Positions 11,980 to 24,260 of a DNA stretch of 64,000 nucleotides are shown here, in pieces. The number at the start of each line of letters is the position of its first letter. Position 1 is the first letter of the stretch. Origin of the DNA: Amphiscolops sp. MND2022 (lineage: Eukaryota); contig OZ076414.1 of NCBI GenBank assembly GCA_964187785.1, positions 27,838,001 through 27,902,000 on the forward strand. The letters are read 5' to 3'. A program made the position numbers and the translations under genes. Under the pieces are notes generated by a model. The model had not been told where the DNA came from, ran no database searches, and saw only the letters and a list, made by a program, of their open reading frames with translations.

Positions 11980-14900
11980 TGCGGTTTATACGCATTGGCG
12001 TTAACATAGAGAGTCTTTTATACAGCCGTTCTAACTTTGACCCCTCTGTTCTTTCTCTCACTAATATCGTCGAGTCTATATCCTCCTCGAAATCTGACAA
12101 ACCGAAGGCTACCTTGGTATCTGTCTCTGAAACACTTTTGATTCGTTGCTTTTTACCGTGTTAGGTTGCCGCACGTACATTTTTTCGAAGGGAGATTTTC
12201 CATCCTACTTTTTACCCATTCTTAATGCATCAAATATTTCTGACAAAACGGACTCATCTCTTTTAGGACGATGTTTTTATTGGTTCTCAACGCTCGTTTA
12301 TGGTTCGGATTATCCTCTCGATTTTGCCGTTTCCCCGGTGGTTGCGTACTGGGCGGGTTATGTGTTTTATCTGGACCTGACTGCAAAATATTTTGAATTC
12401 TTCACTAATAAAGAATAACCGTTTCTTCACGATGAATCTTAGGCCACCAAGTATCCGAGATAAAACGCAGCATGGTGTCCCGGTCGCAGTGGCCATAATG
12501 GATAGAACTCTGATGTAATGCGCGTAAATCAACAGGGAATAAGAGCCTTTCGTCCATATAACGGAAATTTCGGCGGACTACGCTAAAAGAAATAAATTTT
12601 TCTCGCAACAGTGCTGGCAGTCACAAACTTTTTGCTCCGTCTCTTGTCTTTTTAAAAGCTATAATGTTTTGTAGTTTCGTTCGATTTCTCGAGGACTCAA
12701 TTTTAACATATTTTTAAAAGACTTGTCTTTCTGTTTGCGTTCCCGTACTTTACTTTCTAGCGATTTGATAGGTTGATTACCTGCATGCTCTGTCGCCTCT
12801 TTTGACTGTCGACTTTCTGTTCATTTTCCACTCGTGGTACCGAGTTCAGCGCGCTCGGTGATTTCGTCAAATTGGTCAATTCCGACAGTGTTGTCTCTTC
12901 CTCTGAAACTGCATGAATTTTGTGTCATCGTATTTACCGTAAACCAATCAATCCAGAATTTCTCCGCAGTTACTGAACTTCCTTTTATTTCGCTGGGGTG
13001 TCTAGATAGGCAGTCTCTAACACCTAACACTGCCGGTGATTGAGCTATTTCATATCCAAATGGAAGTTTTGTTCCCTATGTTCGGTTTCAGTATTGATGC
13101 TAACAATAAGTGATTGTTGAAAAAACTAGTTGAAAGTTTACCCCGTTCACATGAATTTCAAAATGCAAAATCGCCCATACTACTGCCAATAACTCTAAAT
13201 CTTCCATTCAGTGTTTGGCTTCAAAGTCTCTCAAATATCTTGACACAAAAGACAGTGGTTTCGGTTCTTGGTTATCTTGCTGTTGTTCGAGCACCGTCCC
13301 TTATCCTTTTTTACTGGCGTCGCATGTTAGTCTCACTTTGTGGTTTCGTTTAAAATGTGTCAGTTCCCTGATTCTTTTAACTTCTCCGTTATCTTTTGAA
13401 AAGGCCTTTTCGTGTCCGTGAGTCCATTTCCACTCTGCTTCCCCCTTCTTGATTGATCCAAACAGTGCGCAAAAGTTTGCTAACACCGGGACGGTTCTTC
13501 TCAAATAGTTGGCTACTCTTAAGATTGACCTCAATTCTTTCATAATGCTTGATATGAATTTTATTTGGTAATTCGCAGTCCTTCTCCACTTACTCGGGCA
13601 ATCCCTTGTCCTTACAATTCGCACCCCAGCCATTCAATTTTTCTACGTGCTTTTTCACACAAATCCGCTCTCAATTACAATATGCCTCTAATCAACACTG
13701 ATAAGACCACCAGGATTTTTTTGCACATGTAACTCTTTTCACCTTTTGTAATGATTAAAATAACGTCTAAATACACAAATGTACGATCGATATTTACAAA
13801 AGCTAAGTCCATTTGCTACTCAAACTCAGTTGGCAATACTGTTAACCAGTAGTGTTCCGTTACAAAACGGAAGGTCCGTTTGTTTTTCGGAGAATAATTT
13901 GAAACTTACCATGTGTTGCCAGGCTTTCATCTAATGGAAGTTGTCCGTAGGCGTAATTCAGATCTACCGATGAATATAGTACTTGCCTTTTTTTCCGTCG
14001 GTTTATTCTGCAATTATTTCCATTAGATTATCAACATTGGGCATTTGATTCTTATCTTTTTGCAATTGAGTTTTTAGGGCAAGCAACTTTAGAGCTAAGT
14101 TTTATCGATTGGTTGTTTTTCACTGTCATTACAATTGGTAGTATAAAACGTCATCTTTTATGGTGTTTCTTTTTCAACGTGTCCTTGCTCCAATAGATTT
14201 TGAAATTCTTTATCTACGTGCTCTTGCCGTTGTATTGGAATTCTACGACCTTTCGGCTGAGATACGCGCATACCGTCTTTCACTTCAAATTTAGTTTTGT
14301 ACTTTTTTACTCACTCTACCGCGTCTCTTGAATTGGTTCGGAAACAATTTGTTTCGCGTCCGGACATAGATCTAAGTTGTGCCCAAATAAAAGCTAACTC
14401 TTGGACAAATCTGTTCAATGGCTTGACTACTCTTAACAATGGTCCTAATTTTTTCAGATCGTTTGGTGTCAATCATTCGGTACTTCCCTCTACTTTACCC
14501 CCGCCATTTCTTCGGGCATTGCCTTCTCCTGACAATTAGCACCACATCCATTCACTTTTTGTACATGCAATTTCACATTTATCCGCTCTCAATCGCAATA
14601 TGCCTTCATCTAACACTTCTAATACCTCACGAACTTAATGCATAGGTACATTGTTTTTCTCATTTTGTAACAAGTAATATATCGTCTTTATACAAAAATA
14701 TAAAATTCATATATACAAATGTAAATTTCATTAGCTTTTGATGTTCGGTTGGCGTTATTGTTAACCCGTAGTGCCTCGTAACAAATCAGTAGGTAATTGA
14801 TTAGGTTTTGCCGTGCTTTAATCTATTGGGAGTTGTCCGTAGGCGTACTTTAGATCTACTAATGAACACATGACTTTACCTTTTTTTCCGTCCATTTTTT

Positions 14901-16526
14901 TCGCAATCATTTCCAACAGATTATCAAGATTTGGCATTTGATACTTTCATTTTGCAAATGAGTTGATTAGTGCGAGCAGGTCTCGAGCTAAGTCTACCGA
15001 TTGGTCGTTTTTCACTGTTATTATAATTGGTTGTACAAAAACGTATTGTTTGTGGTGTTTACTTCTTCAATAAGGCTTTGCGCCAATTGGATTTATAAAT
15101 TTCTTATCTACTAGCTCTCGTAGTAGTATTGAAACTCTACGTCCTTTCTGCTGAGTTACTCGCGCAACTATTTCACTTCAACTTTAATTTGTTTACTTGT
15201 TTACTCTAACGCGTCTCTTGAATTGGTTTGGAAACTCTTTAACTAATTGTTCCGCTTCCGGATTTACCTTATTCTCGGATTCTTCACTTTCGCGGGACAT
15301 GCCATTTTTTGTTTTTTCAACTTTTGAGTTGGTTGCTCACTTTTACAATTCAGTGCTGTAAGCCTTGTCTTTCCCACTTGCACACTGACAAATAATATAC
15401 CAACAGAGGTAGATGTCGTCGGTTAAAATCTACGTACGTCTGGTTATCAATCATTTCCCTGACTAAAACCTAGTGTTCTCCGATGATCTTCTTCAACTAG
15501 TCAATTGCAAAAAAGAGACGGCGACCCCGTATCGATGATTGTCTTGAATTTGTTTCCACACAAGAACTATTTCACTCCGCACCCCTCCACTTGCAGCACC
15601 ATCTCGTCATTGTCTAAATCTTCTGCATCTTCTGATTCGTGATTCACTTTTAGCGGGCGGTCCTTTTTGTCTGTTCTGTGTTTTTTGCTTTATCTTCTTT
15701 TTCCTTTTGGTGCACTTTTCAATGAAGCATCATTCCATAATATCGCACTACTCGCATTTATGGCGGCAGAACTTTTCTTCATTTGCTCAATTGTAAATTT
15801 TCCTGCGACGCACCGAAAGCACTGTCTTTTGTTTTTTCTGTCTACAGCAAATACTGGTTCGCCTTTTATTGCCGCTTTCTAACCATTTGCCACTCCCATG
15901 CCCATTGACTTCTGCCCCATGATGCCTTCTTCATAGGAAATGGCATGTTGAAGTGCGTCTTGATGATTCTTGTAAGGCGCTAGACACGGCTTCCTCAGAA
16001 CCTTTCTATTGTTCATGTTAAGTATGAACACCCCATGCACTAATGTTTGAGCAATTTCCACCATTTCGCATCTGGAGTCCAAGCCATTTAGCGCACGCCA
16101 AAACTGCCGCACCGCTTCGTTTGCCTCTTGCTTTCTTGACAGGAATTTATGACTATTTTGGGCAATGAGAAAGCAATTTACGAACCTTTCTATAATGTCC
16201 TGAGCTCGAAATGTCCAGACCGATAATTCCGGATATTTGTCTTTGAACATTTTCCTCGCAGATTCTCCCAATGAAAGGACTAGCAAGGTTACCACTTTCT
16301 TCTCCGCCGCTTCTCCGGCTATATCCCCGAATAGGGCTTTCACCCTGAGATTGTCAGCATCCACGGTTTTCGTATTTGGCCATGACGACCACAGCAAAAA
16401 GATCAAACCTTCAATCCCATTCCATTGCTGGGGTTTCCGTGGCATCAGAACAGAATAAAGGTAGTCCTGGCAGTATTGAAGGGTGTTTTTCCCTCTGTGG
16501 AGAGCAGTATTGGCACGCAGCGCCAT
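11980..16526 (-). mobile_element. Decayed Ty3/Gypsy LTR retrotransposon internal region (LTRs not identified; left boundary approximate)
   Basis: gag-like ORF 15879-16526 (LGESARKMF, FLSRKQEANE), protease IIDTGS (15522-15533), RT, RNase H (RLTCDASKKG; DCLSRHP), integrase HHCC region (HYGHCDRDTMLRFISDTWWPKIH) and core (HRGNGKIERIIRTI). Order PR-RT-RH-INT. Confidence 0.9.
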
Positions 16527-17764
16527 GTTGATGGTTTAATTTAGCAGAAAGCAGAAATGGATAGGAATTCGAAGAATGGATTGCATCTGTATATCAATGT
16601 AAAGGCAACAGCAAATGACTAAATGAACTGGATTTCCATCTAGCGTTATTGGCAGGTGTTAGTATTCAATAATGTTCTCACGTACAAGTTTTTATCTAGC
16701 GCCAAGGTTAATCTCTAAGTGTCGGTCTATCACAAGAAGCTATCTGAAATTTTTAAAGCTTACAAAAAATTTACGGTTTCCACGCATTGGGCTGAACCAT
16801 GAGGCATTGGAAGATCTGGATTGGTCAATAATTGGTATTATTTGGTTTGACGGCAAACAATCAATGAACATTTCTTCAGTCATTACTTTAGTGGGTGATA
16901 GTAATCAGCTAATTGCTTTGATCGACATTTCTTCAAACTTTTTTATAAAAATTTCAACAGATAAAATAGACACTTCTACAAGATAGCTGAGAATAGAAAT
17001 TTTTCTTTGCTTTTGCTAATTGATATGGAACTTTTTCGCGCTCCAGTGAGCTCCTTGAACGTGTTTTATTCTCTAGAAAAGTTCTTAAGTTGGAAACCAT
17101 AAGAGTTATTCCGCTTTCGGTTGATTCCCTGGCATAAACGGTCTCCTTCAGCTACAGGAAAAGCTGAAATTCAATTAAATTTCCAGACTTTTCCATCAAT
17201 TTGCTGTGACATTATTCCATTTGCCGCAAAATTCTTCCCGAGAGAAAACCAAAGAGCTACTTAAAGCATTAATTCACGCGCTAACAAATTTCTACCCAGG
17301 AATCAAATGAAAGAAAGAACTGAATGCAAAAAATTCTCTTCAGAAGTGGTTGACGAAAAAATGACTTAACAATTTTACCCGGAACATGTGAAAAAATTTC
17401 GATTTTCTTTGAACTTTCAAGGAGGTTTGCAGACCAAACTATTAAAGAAAATATGAGTAAATTTGGCATCAAATGTTCATCTAGAAATTATTTTTCCATA
17501 TGTCCCCATGTGGTTGAAATCAAAAAAAGTCGGACAATGTGTCAATGGAATCCAAAGAAAGTCTTTGATCTCAAGTAATTCCATGGATGTGGCATATAGA
17601 GAATAGAGGTCGAAACCTCCCACAAACTATTATGGCCATTTTATTAGACTGGTACCCAATTTAATCAGTGTATGCTGTCAGTGTATGCGAAGATCAGTTT
17701 ACCCTAGTCCAAGTTGCCGCGAAGTTTTACAGGCACCTTCAAAGAATGCCAGCTAATTTTTTAT

Positions 17765-18244
17765 AAAACATGGAAAATTCAGGGACCATGCATGGAAACA
17801 TTTTGTAGGATTACTATGCAGCTTTCACTATTTGAGTTAAACTGAAAACATTTCCACTTCTTCACCACCGCGATCACTTTGTTTTCACGCGTAAGTTTCT
17901 CAAGTATGTACCTTGCGTAAACACCGTTAGCCAAATAGCACGCTGAATATGACGCTACTTTGAAACTTATAATGTGACTGAGGTTTATTTGCATTGAAAT
18001 TGCGGTAAAAATGACGAAGGTCTCAGCTGCTTTCAAAATTAGAACGGCGTCTTTATGAAAACTGTAAAACTCCGGGGCTCAGAATTGCCGCCAAATTTAG
18101 GATGCATCTTATAGGCAGCTTGATAAATTCAAATTGCACCAGTGAAGTTTTAATGCATGGAGGTTTCCTTGAGAATTTTATAAAATCCTGAAAAATTAGC
18201 TTGGTAACCTACAAAAACTTGTAAAAAGTTCAAGCAGTTCCAAC
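17765..18244 (+). repeat. Diverged dispersed repeat, copy 2 (copy 1 at 8837-9234)
   Basis: Same collinear blocks as 8837-9234. Confidence 0.85.
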
Positions 18245-18435
18245 AAGGGTAGAGGAGCTACCATTTAGGTAGATTACTAAGGTACTGATGAGATATGCTA
18301 CATTTTTGATTAAGCGTTAGTCATAACGCGACAATACTTTATATTTTCGGCAACTCAACATTTTAAATTGTCGTATTTTCTTTTAAACCTTTAGATTAAT
18401 AAAATACACTAGTAGATAATCAAACAATTGAACTA

Positions 18436-19234
18436 CCCAGTGACACGAATCTTGGCACGCTTGCCAAGATGCATGGGTATGCTTGCCAAGATCTTGGCAA
18501 GATCTTGCCAAGATCTTACCAAGGCTACCATGATCATGCAAGATCATGGCAAGGCTGACCATGCGTCTTACCAAGCGTACCAAGATTTTCCATGTATCTT
18601 ACCAAGCTTTTCCATGTGTCTTGCCAAGCATACCAAGATTTTTCTATCCATCTTGCCAATCCAACCAGGATTTTTTCATGCATTTTGCAAAGCATTCCAA
18701 GATTCAGTAATTAGAACCCGTTACCTCAATAGATCAGGTAATAGCATGATTTGCATAATTTTAAACAAATCATCGCTAGAAAAGTTGGTTTTCACACCGA
18801 TATCGCAAACCCGCAAGTTGCAATAACTTGATTCGGAGTTTGCTTGGTATGATAAGTCATGTTAGTAGTAACAATGCCGTGCTCTCAAGTAACAAAACTC
18901 GGTCAATAGGTGCAGCGAATTATTGAGCAAATTTTGGATAATTTTCAATTAAAAACTATTTTCAATCAATAAATATTATGTCCAAAGTTATTACAATGGC
19001 TAATTCAAAAATTGCAGACGACAAAGAATTTTTGCGAAAAGAATAAATTATGCACAATTAATACCAGCTTACATGTCTTACCATGGTTATCTTGTCAAGA
19101 TCTTGCCATGATCTTGCCATGATCTTGGCAAGCGTTCCATGCATCATGTTTTTCCATGCGTCTTGGTAAGCCTACCATGCGTTTCCATGTTTTTCCAAGA
19201 TCTTGGCAAGGCTACCAAGATTCGTGTCACTGGG
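18436..19234. mobile_element. 799-bp non-autonomous DNA transposon (MITE) with CCCAG termini
   Basis: Perfect 20-bp TIR CCCAGTGACACGAATCTTGG, TA on both flanks (18434-35, 19235-36), subterminal clusters of CTTGCCAAG/CTTGGCAAG/CTTACCAAG units. Confidence 0.9.
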
Positions 19235-19576
19235 TACTCAAAGTGAAAGCATTTTGGTTTTATTACTCTTCAGACGTTTGACTGGAAGATGAAATAGTCA
19301 TCTGAAAAAAACTTACCATTATGAAAGTCGGGCACTTTTCTTACAAAAAGAACCGAGTAAAACATTATCATTTTTCTCTTTTGTTGAAAAAGTCGGCAAT
19401 CAACAACATATCGAAGTTGTTTGTAAGCCAATAAGTTTTAAATTTTCCAATACGTTTTTCATAACCGCCTTTCACTTCAATCATACGTGCGTTTGAATGA
19501 ATGCTTTGCAGACTAAAACATGTTATCCGAGTTTCATCGATTATCTCTAGTGGTATAGCAGTCGTCGAACGTCTGA

Positions 19577-19851
19577 AGTGGCATAGATCTCATCGAACAT
19601 CAGAAGGGTTTCTTTTGTCAAAAGGCATGTTCTAAAACTTTTCACTACTGATTACCGCTCTTGAACAAAGGTTCTGCAATTTCTGCCGCTTGCTGCTTGC
19701 TTCGTTAATCCAATTGGATTAACGAAGCAAGCAGCAAGCGGCAGAAATTGCAAAACCATTGTTCAAGCGCGGTAATCAGTAGTGAAAAGTTTTAGAACAC
19801 TCCTTTTGACAAAAAGAAACCCTTCTGACGTTCGATGAGACCTATGCCACT
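19577..19851. repeat. 275-bp spacer-less palindrome
   Basis: Centre between 19713 and 19714 (CCAA|TTGG); arms of 137/138 bp with 7 substitutions and 1 indel; innermost 39 bp of each arm perfect. Confidence 0.97.
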
Positions 19852-20215
19852 ACGTTAACGAAGGCCCTTTGTGTCTCGGCATTTTCAGGTTCTACCATGT
19901 GATTATGCTCCCCCACAAGTTTTCCAGATGGGTTGGTATAAATGTTTGCAAGCCGAAAGCGCATTTCGTTGTGTTAGAGAATTAACAACACTAAAACATT
20001 GTGATACCAGTTTGTGTTTCGAGATTGTACTCTACTGTTGGCGAATGACAATTTGGCACCTGCCGTGGTTGCTTATTGAAAAAGTGAATGGAGTTCATTT
20101 AGCATTGATGCTAGAAGTTGCGCGCGGTTATTGTTTATTCAAATGACCGTGTGCGTATGATAATTGCTCAGATACACAGTGATTTCGTCCTCAAGTGGGG
20201 ACAGTGATTTTTTCG

Positions 20216-21291
20216 CAGTCAATAAAAAATTGCCGAACACATATTACCTATAGGAAAACGAAAATTTATGTTCCTTATCGACAATACATTGGACTAACTG
20301 GGGTGTTGTTATTTGTGTCACTATAATTTTTTCCGAACCACCGACAGAAAAGCAACAGGCAAAACGCAGACAGGGAGACGACCCAAAGCTAATGAAAGAT
20401 CGATTCGAAATTTGTTTAGGATGTCAACTATTTCCCATGCCCCCGTTTTTCGGCCTGACAACAGAAAATTGATTGGACAGATGGTCATCTGTATACAGTG
20501 GATGTCGTACGAAAAGCTAGGAATAAATATGGTTTGAACAGACGCGTAGCTCTAAAGAAAATCAATGTCACGGCAATACATCGCCTTTTAAGAAAAAAGT
20601 GGTGTAGGCAGATGTTCAAAAACGTACCCACAGATTTTTCAAAATGGGTCGCAACCGACGAATCAACGTTTGAGCTGGGTCCTAGACGGCAGGAGTTTGT
20701 TTGGCGACCGAAAGGACCCGCTGGTTTTAGTCACCGCTGACAGTTCTTAGCTAGATGTACCAACACTAGGAGCCCAAAGTTGATGGTCTGGGGATAATTT
20801 GGATCTTGTTAGAATCCGCAATTCTTTAGATGGACCAGCGTACCAAGCACTCCTCAACGAGAATTTGTTACCAGTTTGGTACGAAGACTTCTTACTGCTC
20901 CAAGACAACGCGCCTCCTCATAAACCAGCTTCAACAGTGTCATTTTTGGAAGAAAACGGAATAATGGTAGTTAACGACTGGCCACCTCACTCACCCGACG
21001 TGAATGTCATTGAAAGCGTATGGAAATTGCTCGGTGACAAGCAGGAGGGCAAAGAATTTACAAATTTGAACGATTTGAAGAAAGAATTTTATTCCATTCT
21101 GGACAGCTACATTCAAAAGTTATTTGAATTGATCCCTTGACGGATTCGGGCCGTTCTCAAACATCGGGGCTATCCCACTAAATACTGACTTTCTTTTTGT
21201 TTATGTCATCAGCTTCTAAAAAGTCTTTAGCGCTAACCTTTTTATTATAACTACAAAAAACTCTTTGTTTCGATTTGTTTTCTAGTGACTG
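20216..21291 (+). mobile_element. Decayed IS630/Tc1/mariner element with DD35E spacing (boundaries tentative)
   Basis: Fragments GRRPKANERSIR, WVATDESTF, KLMVWG, QDNAPPH...WPPHSPDVNVIESVW, RGYPTKY; short TIR candidates CAGTCAATAAAAAA (20216) and ...CTAGTGACTG followed by TA (21291). Confidence 0.85.
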
Positions 21292-21919
21292 TAGTAACAC
21301 AGTAGGTCACTATTGAAACTTTAACGCATATGGAAGTTTTTTCAATGAAGCTATGAGTTCGACCCGTTTTTTGTCAATTTTTGTCAATTTTTCAACTTCT
21401 CGGTGTATTATCGAGGATACAAACAGCTGAGTCCTCTTGATAAACGCTTTGTTTGTGCGAAGAAAATCTGCGAAGAAAATCTGAACCAATTTTAGAAACT
21501 ATTGATGTTAACACTTTTTACTTACGCAATAAGCAGAAACTAAAAGAGCGCGGCGTTTAATTGAACGTCTATATTGGTGACGGCAGAATTTGCGGCCACC
21601 ATGAATTCTAAGTGACCGAAAGCATGAAACAATATTATTTTGTTTGCAAAAATCTATTCCCTGAATGAATTGATATGGTGTTTTGTCATAACATTCACGT
21701 ATACCATAAAGACGTTTACATGTTCAAGGGGCTGTACGAAATCCCAAGCTCCCATTGAGGAGCTCAAGAGAAGTTCTGACCTTCATTAAGTGAACTCGGT
21801 GATGTAACTTGATAAGTATATCATCTACAGCTCTCTGAAATTTTCTGAAAGAAATAAACTTTCTTTTTGTTTAAAAGCATGTAGACCCTTGTTTCCTTAT
21901 GTAATTTTTTGTGTTCCAG

Positions 21920-22012
21920 TACGCAAGCATTCTAATGGGACTGACTAACACGGCCGCCACTATTCCAGGAATTGTGAGTCCAATCGTCACGGGGATCATC
22001 GTCAAAACAGGA
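21920..22012 (+). CDS. SLC17-family transporter, penultimate coding exon
   Basis: TTCCAG acceptor, GTTAGT donor at 22013; 93 nt encoding YASILMGLTNTAATIPGIVSPIVTGIIVKTG, which joins in phase to ...NHIDIAPQ as in SLC17 proteins. Not listed in the ORF track. Confidence 0.9.
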
Positions 22013-23367
22013 GTTAGTATTTAATACAGTGTACGTGCGTATTTAAATCAAATTCTGAAATCGAAAAATTGAAACTACTCAAGGTAAGTTATCAATTTTA
22101 CTCGAGACCAGACTCCATTTGCGCGATAAAAAATCCAATGCAAGGCCTCTTTGTCAAATTTGTTCATGCGTTCCTCTGAAAAAGACTTCGGAAGGTGAAA
22201 CCATTAGTTCTGAGCTCTCAACCGACGTAGTTATTCTTTAGGATGTATACTGAAATTTATTCTTAGCCTTCTGATTTTATTGATTTTATTTCCTCTAAAC
22301 ATTCTTTCTCTAATTCTTATTTCTTATTTTCTCTAAACAACACAGCTTCTAACCCCTTCAAAAAGCAATGACCAAAAAATTAAAGCTTTTTGTTTTTTTT
22401 TGAAGATTTCTAACGGCATCTCTGGGATCAAAATGACAATTTCTTAATTGGCAGTTCATCTAATTAAACCTCCTTTAGCCGAACTTTTCCTCAACGCCGT
22501 CTATTCAAAATCAGCAGGTATGAAATTCATTTTGTGTTATGTAGATTAAATGCATGGCTTCATTTTGACTGAATTTTTCTTGTTTCAGGAAACCAGCTAA
22601 TAAAATGCTGATAAAACATTATAAGAATTATATAAAAATCTAACCTGCTTCTGTTCTTAACAGTAAAATTAAAACACTATAGGCGTAAAATGTAAAAACA
22701 AAGATTGTGCGCCATGAGATCAAAAAAATCAAATTTATGACTCATCGCCAGTGAAGATTTGTCATTTCTTACAATTCGAAACCTTATTTTTGAAACTATA
22801 ACTGCTTTGAATGGCACAGTTATACATGATCATGGGACGGTTTACATGAACATGTCAAAACATGCAAACTTTTCCATGATGGTTGTAAATACTCGTTATT
22901 AGACATGATAAACGCTGCCCCTTAAGAACAATTTTCCATAGATTATCATAATACTTTTGATAGACTATTTCCATATACTTTCCCATTCAGTTTTCCTTTC
23001 AGTGTTTCCATTCAGTTTTCCATAGACTGTCATAATACCAAGAATCCTAGTTGTTAGGTACTTTTGCAAAAATGACAAGATCTTGGGTTGTCGTGCATTT
23101 CGTGTCAAGGTTATTTCGGAATCCTTTTAATGACTACTGTTTGCGATGGTATTATTTTCAAGATTATGGACCATATGGCAGGTACTACATGAGTGCGAAT
23201 AGAAATTCCAAGTTTTTCATGATCATGGCAAAACGGATTGAATATTTTCAAGGGTAGTTGCTGTTTTGGACCCACAAATACCAAGTTTCTATTCATTTTG
23301 GGATTCATATCAAGATGTTTGCAATGTTTTCTTTTTCATGTTTTCTTAGTTTTTCCTTGTTTTGCAG

Positions 23368-23565
23368 TCATCAGAGGAATGGCAGATGGTATTCTACATT
23401 GCAGCCATCATCTACGTGTTCGGAGCCATCGTGTACGGCACTTTCGCTAGTTCGGAGACCCAACAGTGGTCCCTGGATAACGACCACGAGGACGACTACA
23501 TCGAGGGACGAGAGAGTCAGATCCAGGCACGCACTTCTAATATTACTGCAACAGCTCTAAGCTAA
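23368..23565 (+). CDS. SLC17-family transporter, terminal coding exon
   Basis: Polypyrimidine tract plus TTTGCAG acceptor; [34 protein letters not shown]...ATALS-stop matches the SLC17 final TM helix (EW.xVF...FASGExQxW); AATAAA at 23856. Confidence 0.9.
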   Translation, partial: SSEEWQMVFYIAAIIYVFGAIVYGTFASSETQQWSLDNDHEDDYIEGRESQIQARTSNITATALS

Positions 23566-24109
23566 ATGAAAACATTCAAAATTCATGATATCAAAATCTG
23601 ATATTTTTTTTCATTTTTTTTTCAAATTTTTTTTCACAAATTCAAATCTTCAATAGATGTTTTTATAGATCTGTTTAGGTAAACTTTTGAAGAATAAGTC
23701 TACATTTTTGAGTGCCTTTAATTTGTTTCTGATGAAATGACGGTTGCATTAGGTTGCGTCTCGAACAAAAACATTAAATATTTCGGAATCTTTGCAAAAA
23801 AGCCAAAAACAAAAACTTTTAGATAACATCAAATTGGTGGACGATGCAAATTACAAATAAATTTTCAACTTATTCTATCACTGTCACGTTAAAACCTAGT
23901 ATCAACTTGATGGTTTTTAATTTCGGTGTGTCAACTCAATAGGACGGTGTTTAAGGCTTACCATTTGAAACTCGTTATTAGAAATTGCAACTTTCCATAA
24001 CATATTTCCCATTTCAAACAAAAACTTTATTTGTTTCATAACATCATTTGTCTATTCTTCTTTTCTTTTTGGGAATCATTCCATTATTTCATTATAATTT
24101 AAAAACCAA

Positions 24110-24260
24110 TGAATGTGGCGCGTGGATTTAGGACCCCTGACCTGACGTCACGGCCCGAAACGACTGACGACTCACGACACGTGATCAGAGCAGACACGAC
24201 AACGGCAACCATATTGATGACGTCATCCGGACTACTTCTGAATAATCAACAAATGTCAGC
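24110..24260. promoter_or_regulatory. CpG-rich patch with two perfect CRE sites and an E-box (putative regulatory element)
   Basis: TGACGTCA at 24143-24150 and 24218-24225 (the latter inside the 12-bp palindrome GATGACGTCATC); CACGTG at 24178-24183. Confidence 0.4.

Noticed and set aside
16672-16986. 104-aa ORF and stop-poor opposite frame upstream of Gypsy gag
   Set aside because: No recognisable motifs, and the minus frame is not continuous on re-translation.
17779-18036. 85-aa ORF vaguely like a Harbinger/ISL2EU transposase C-terminus
   Set aside because: The second copy (8837-9234) breaks the frame with stops and a shift, and the motif match is too weak.
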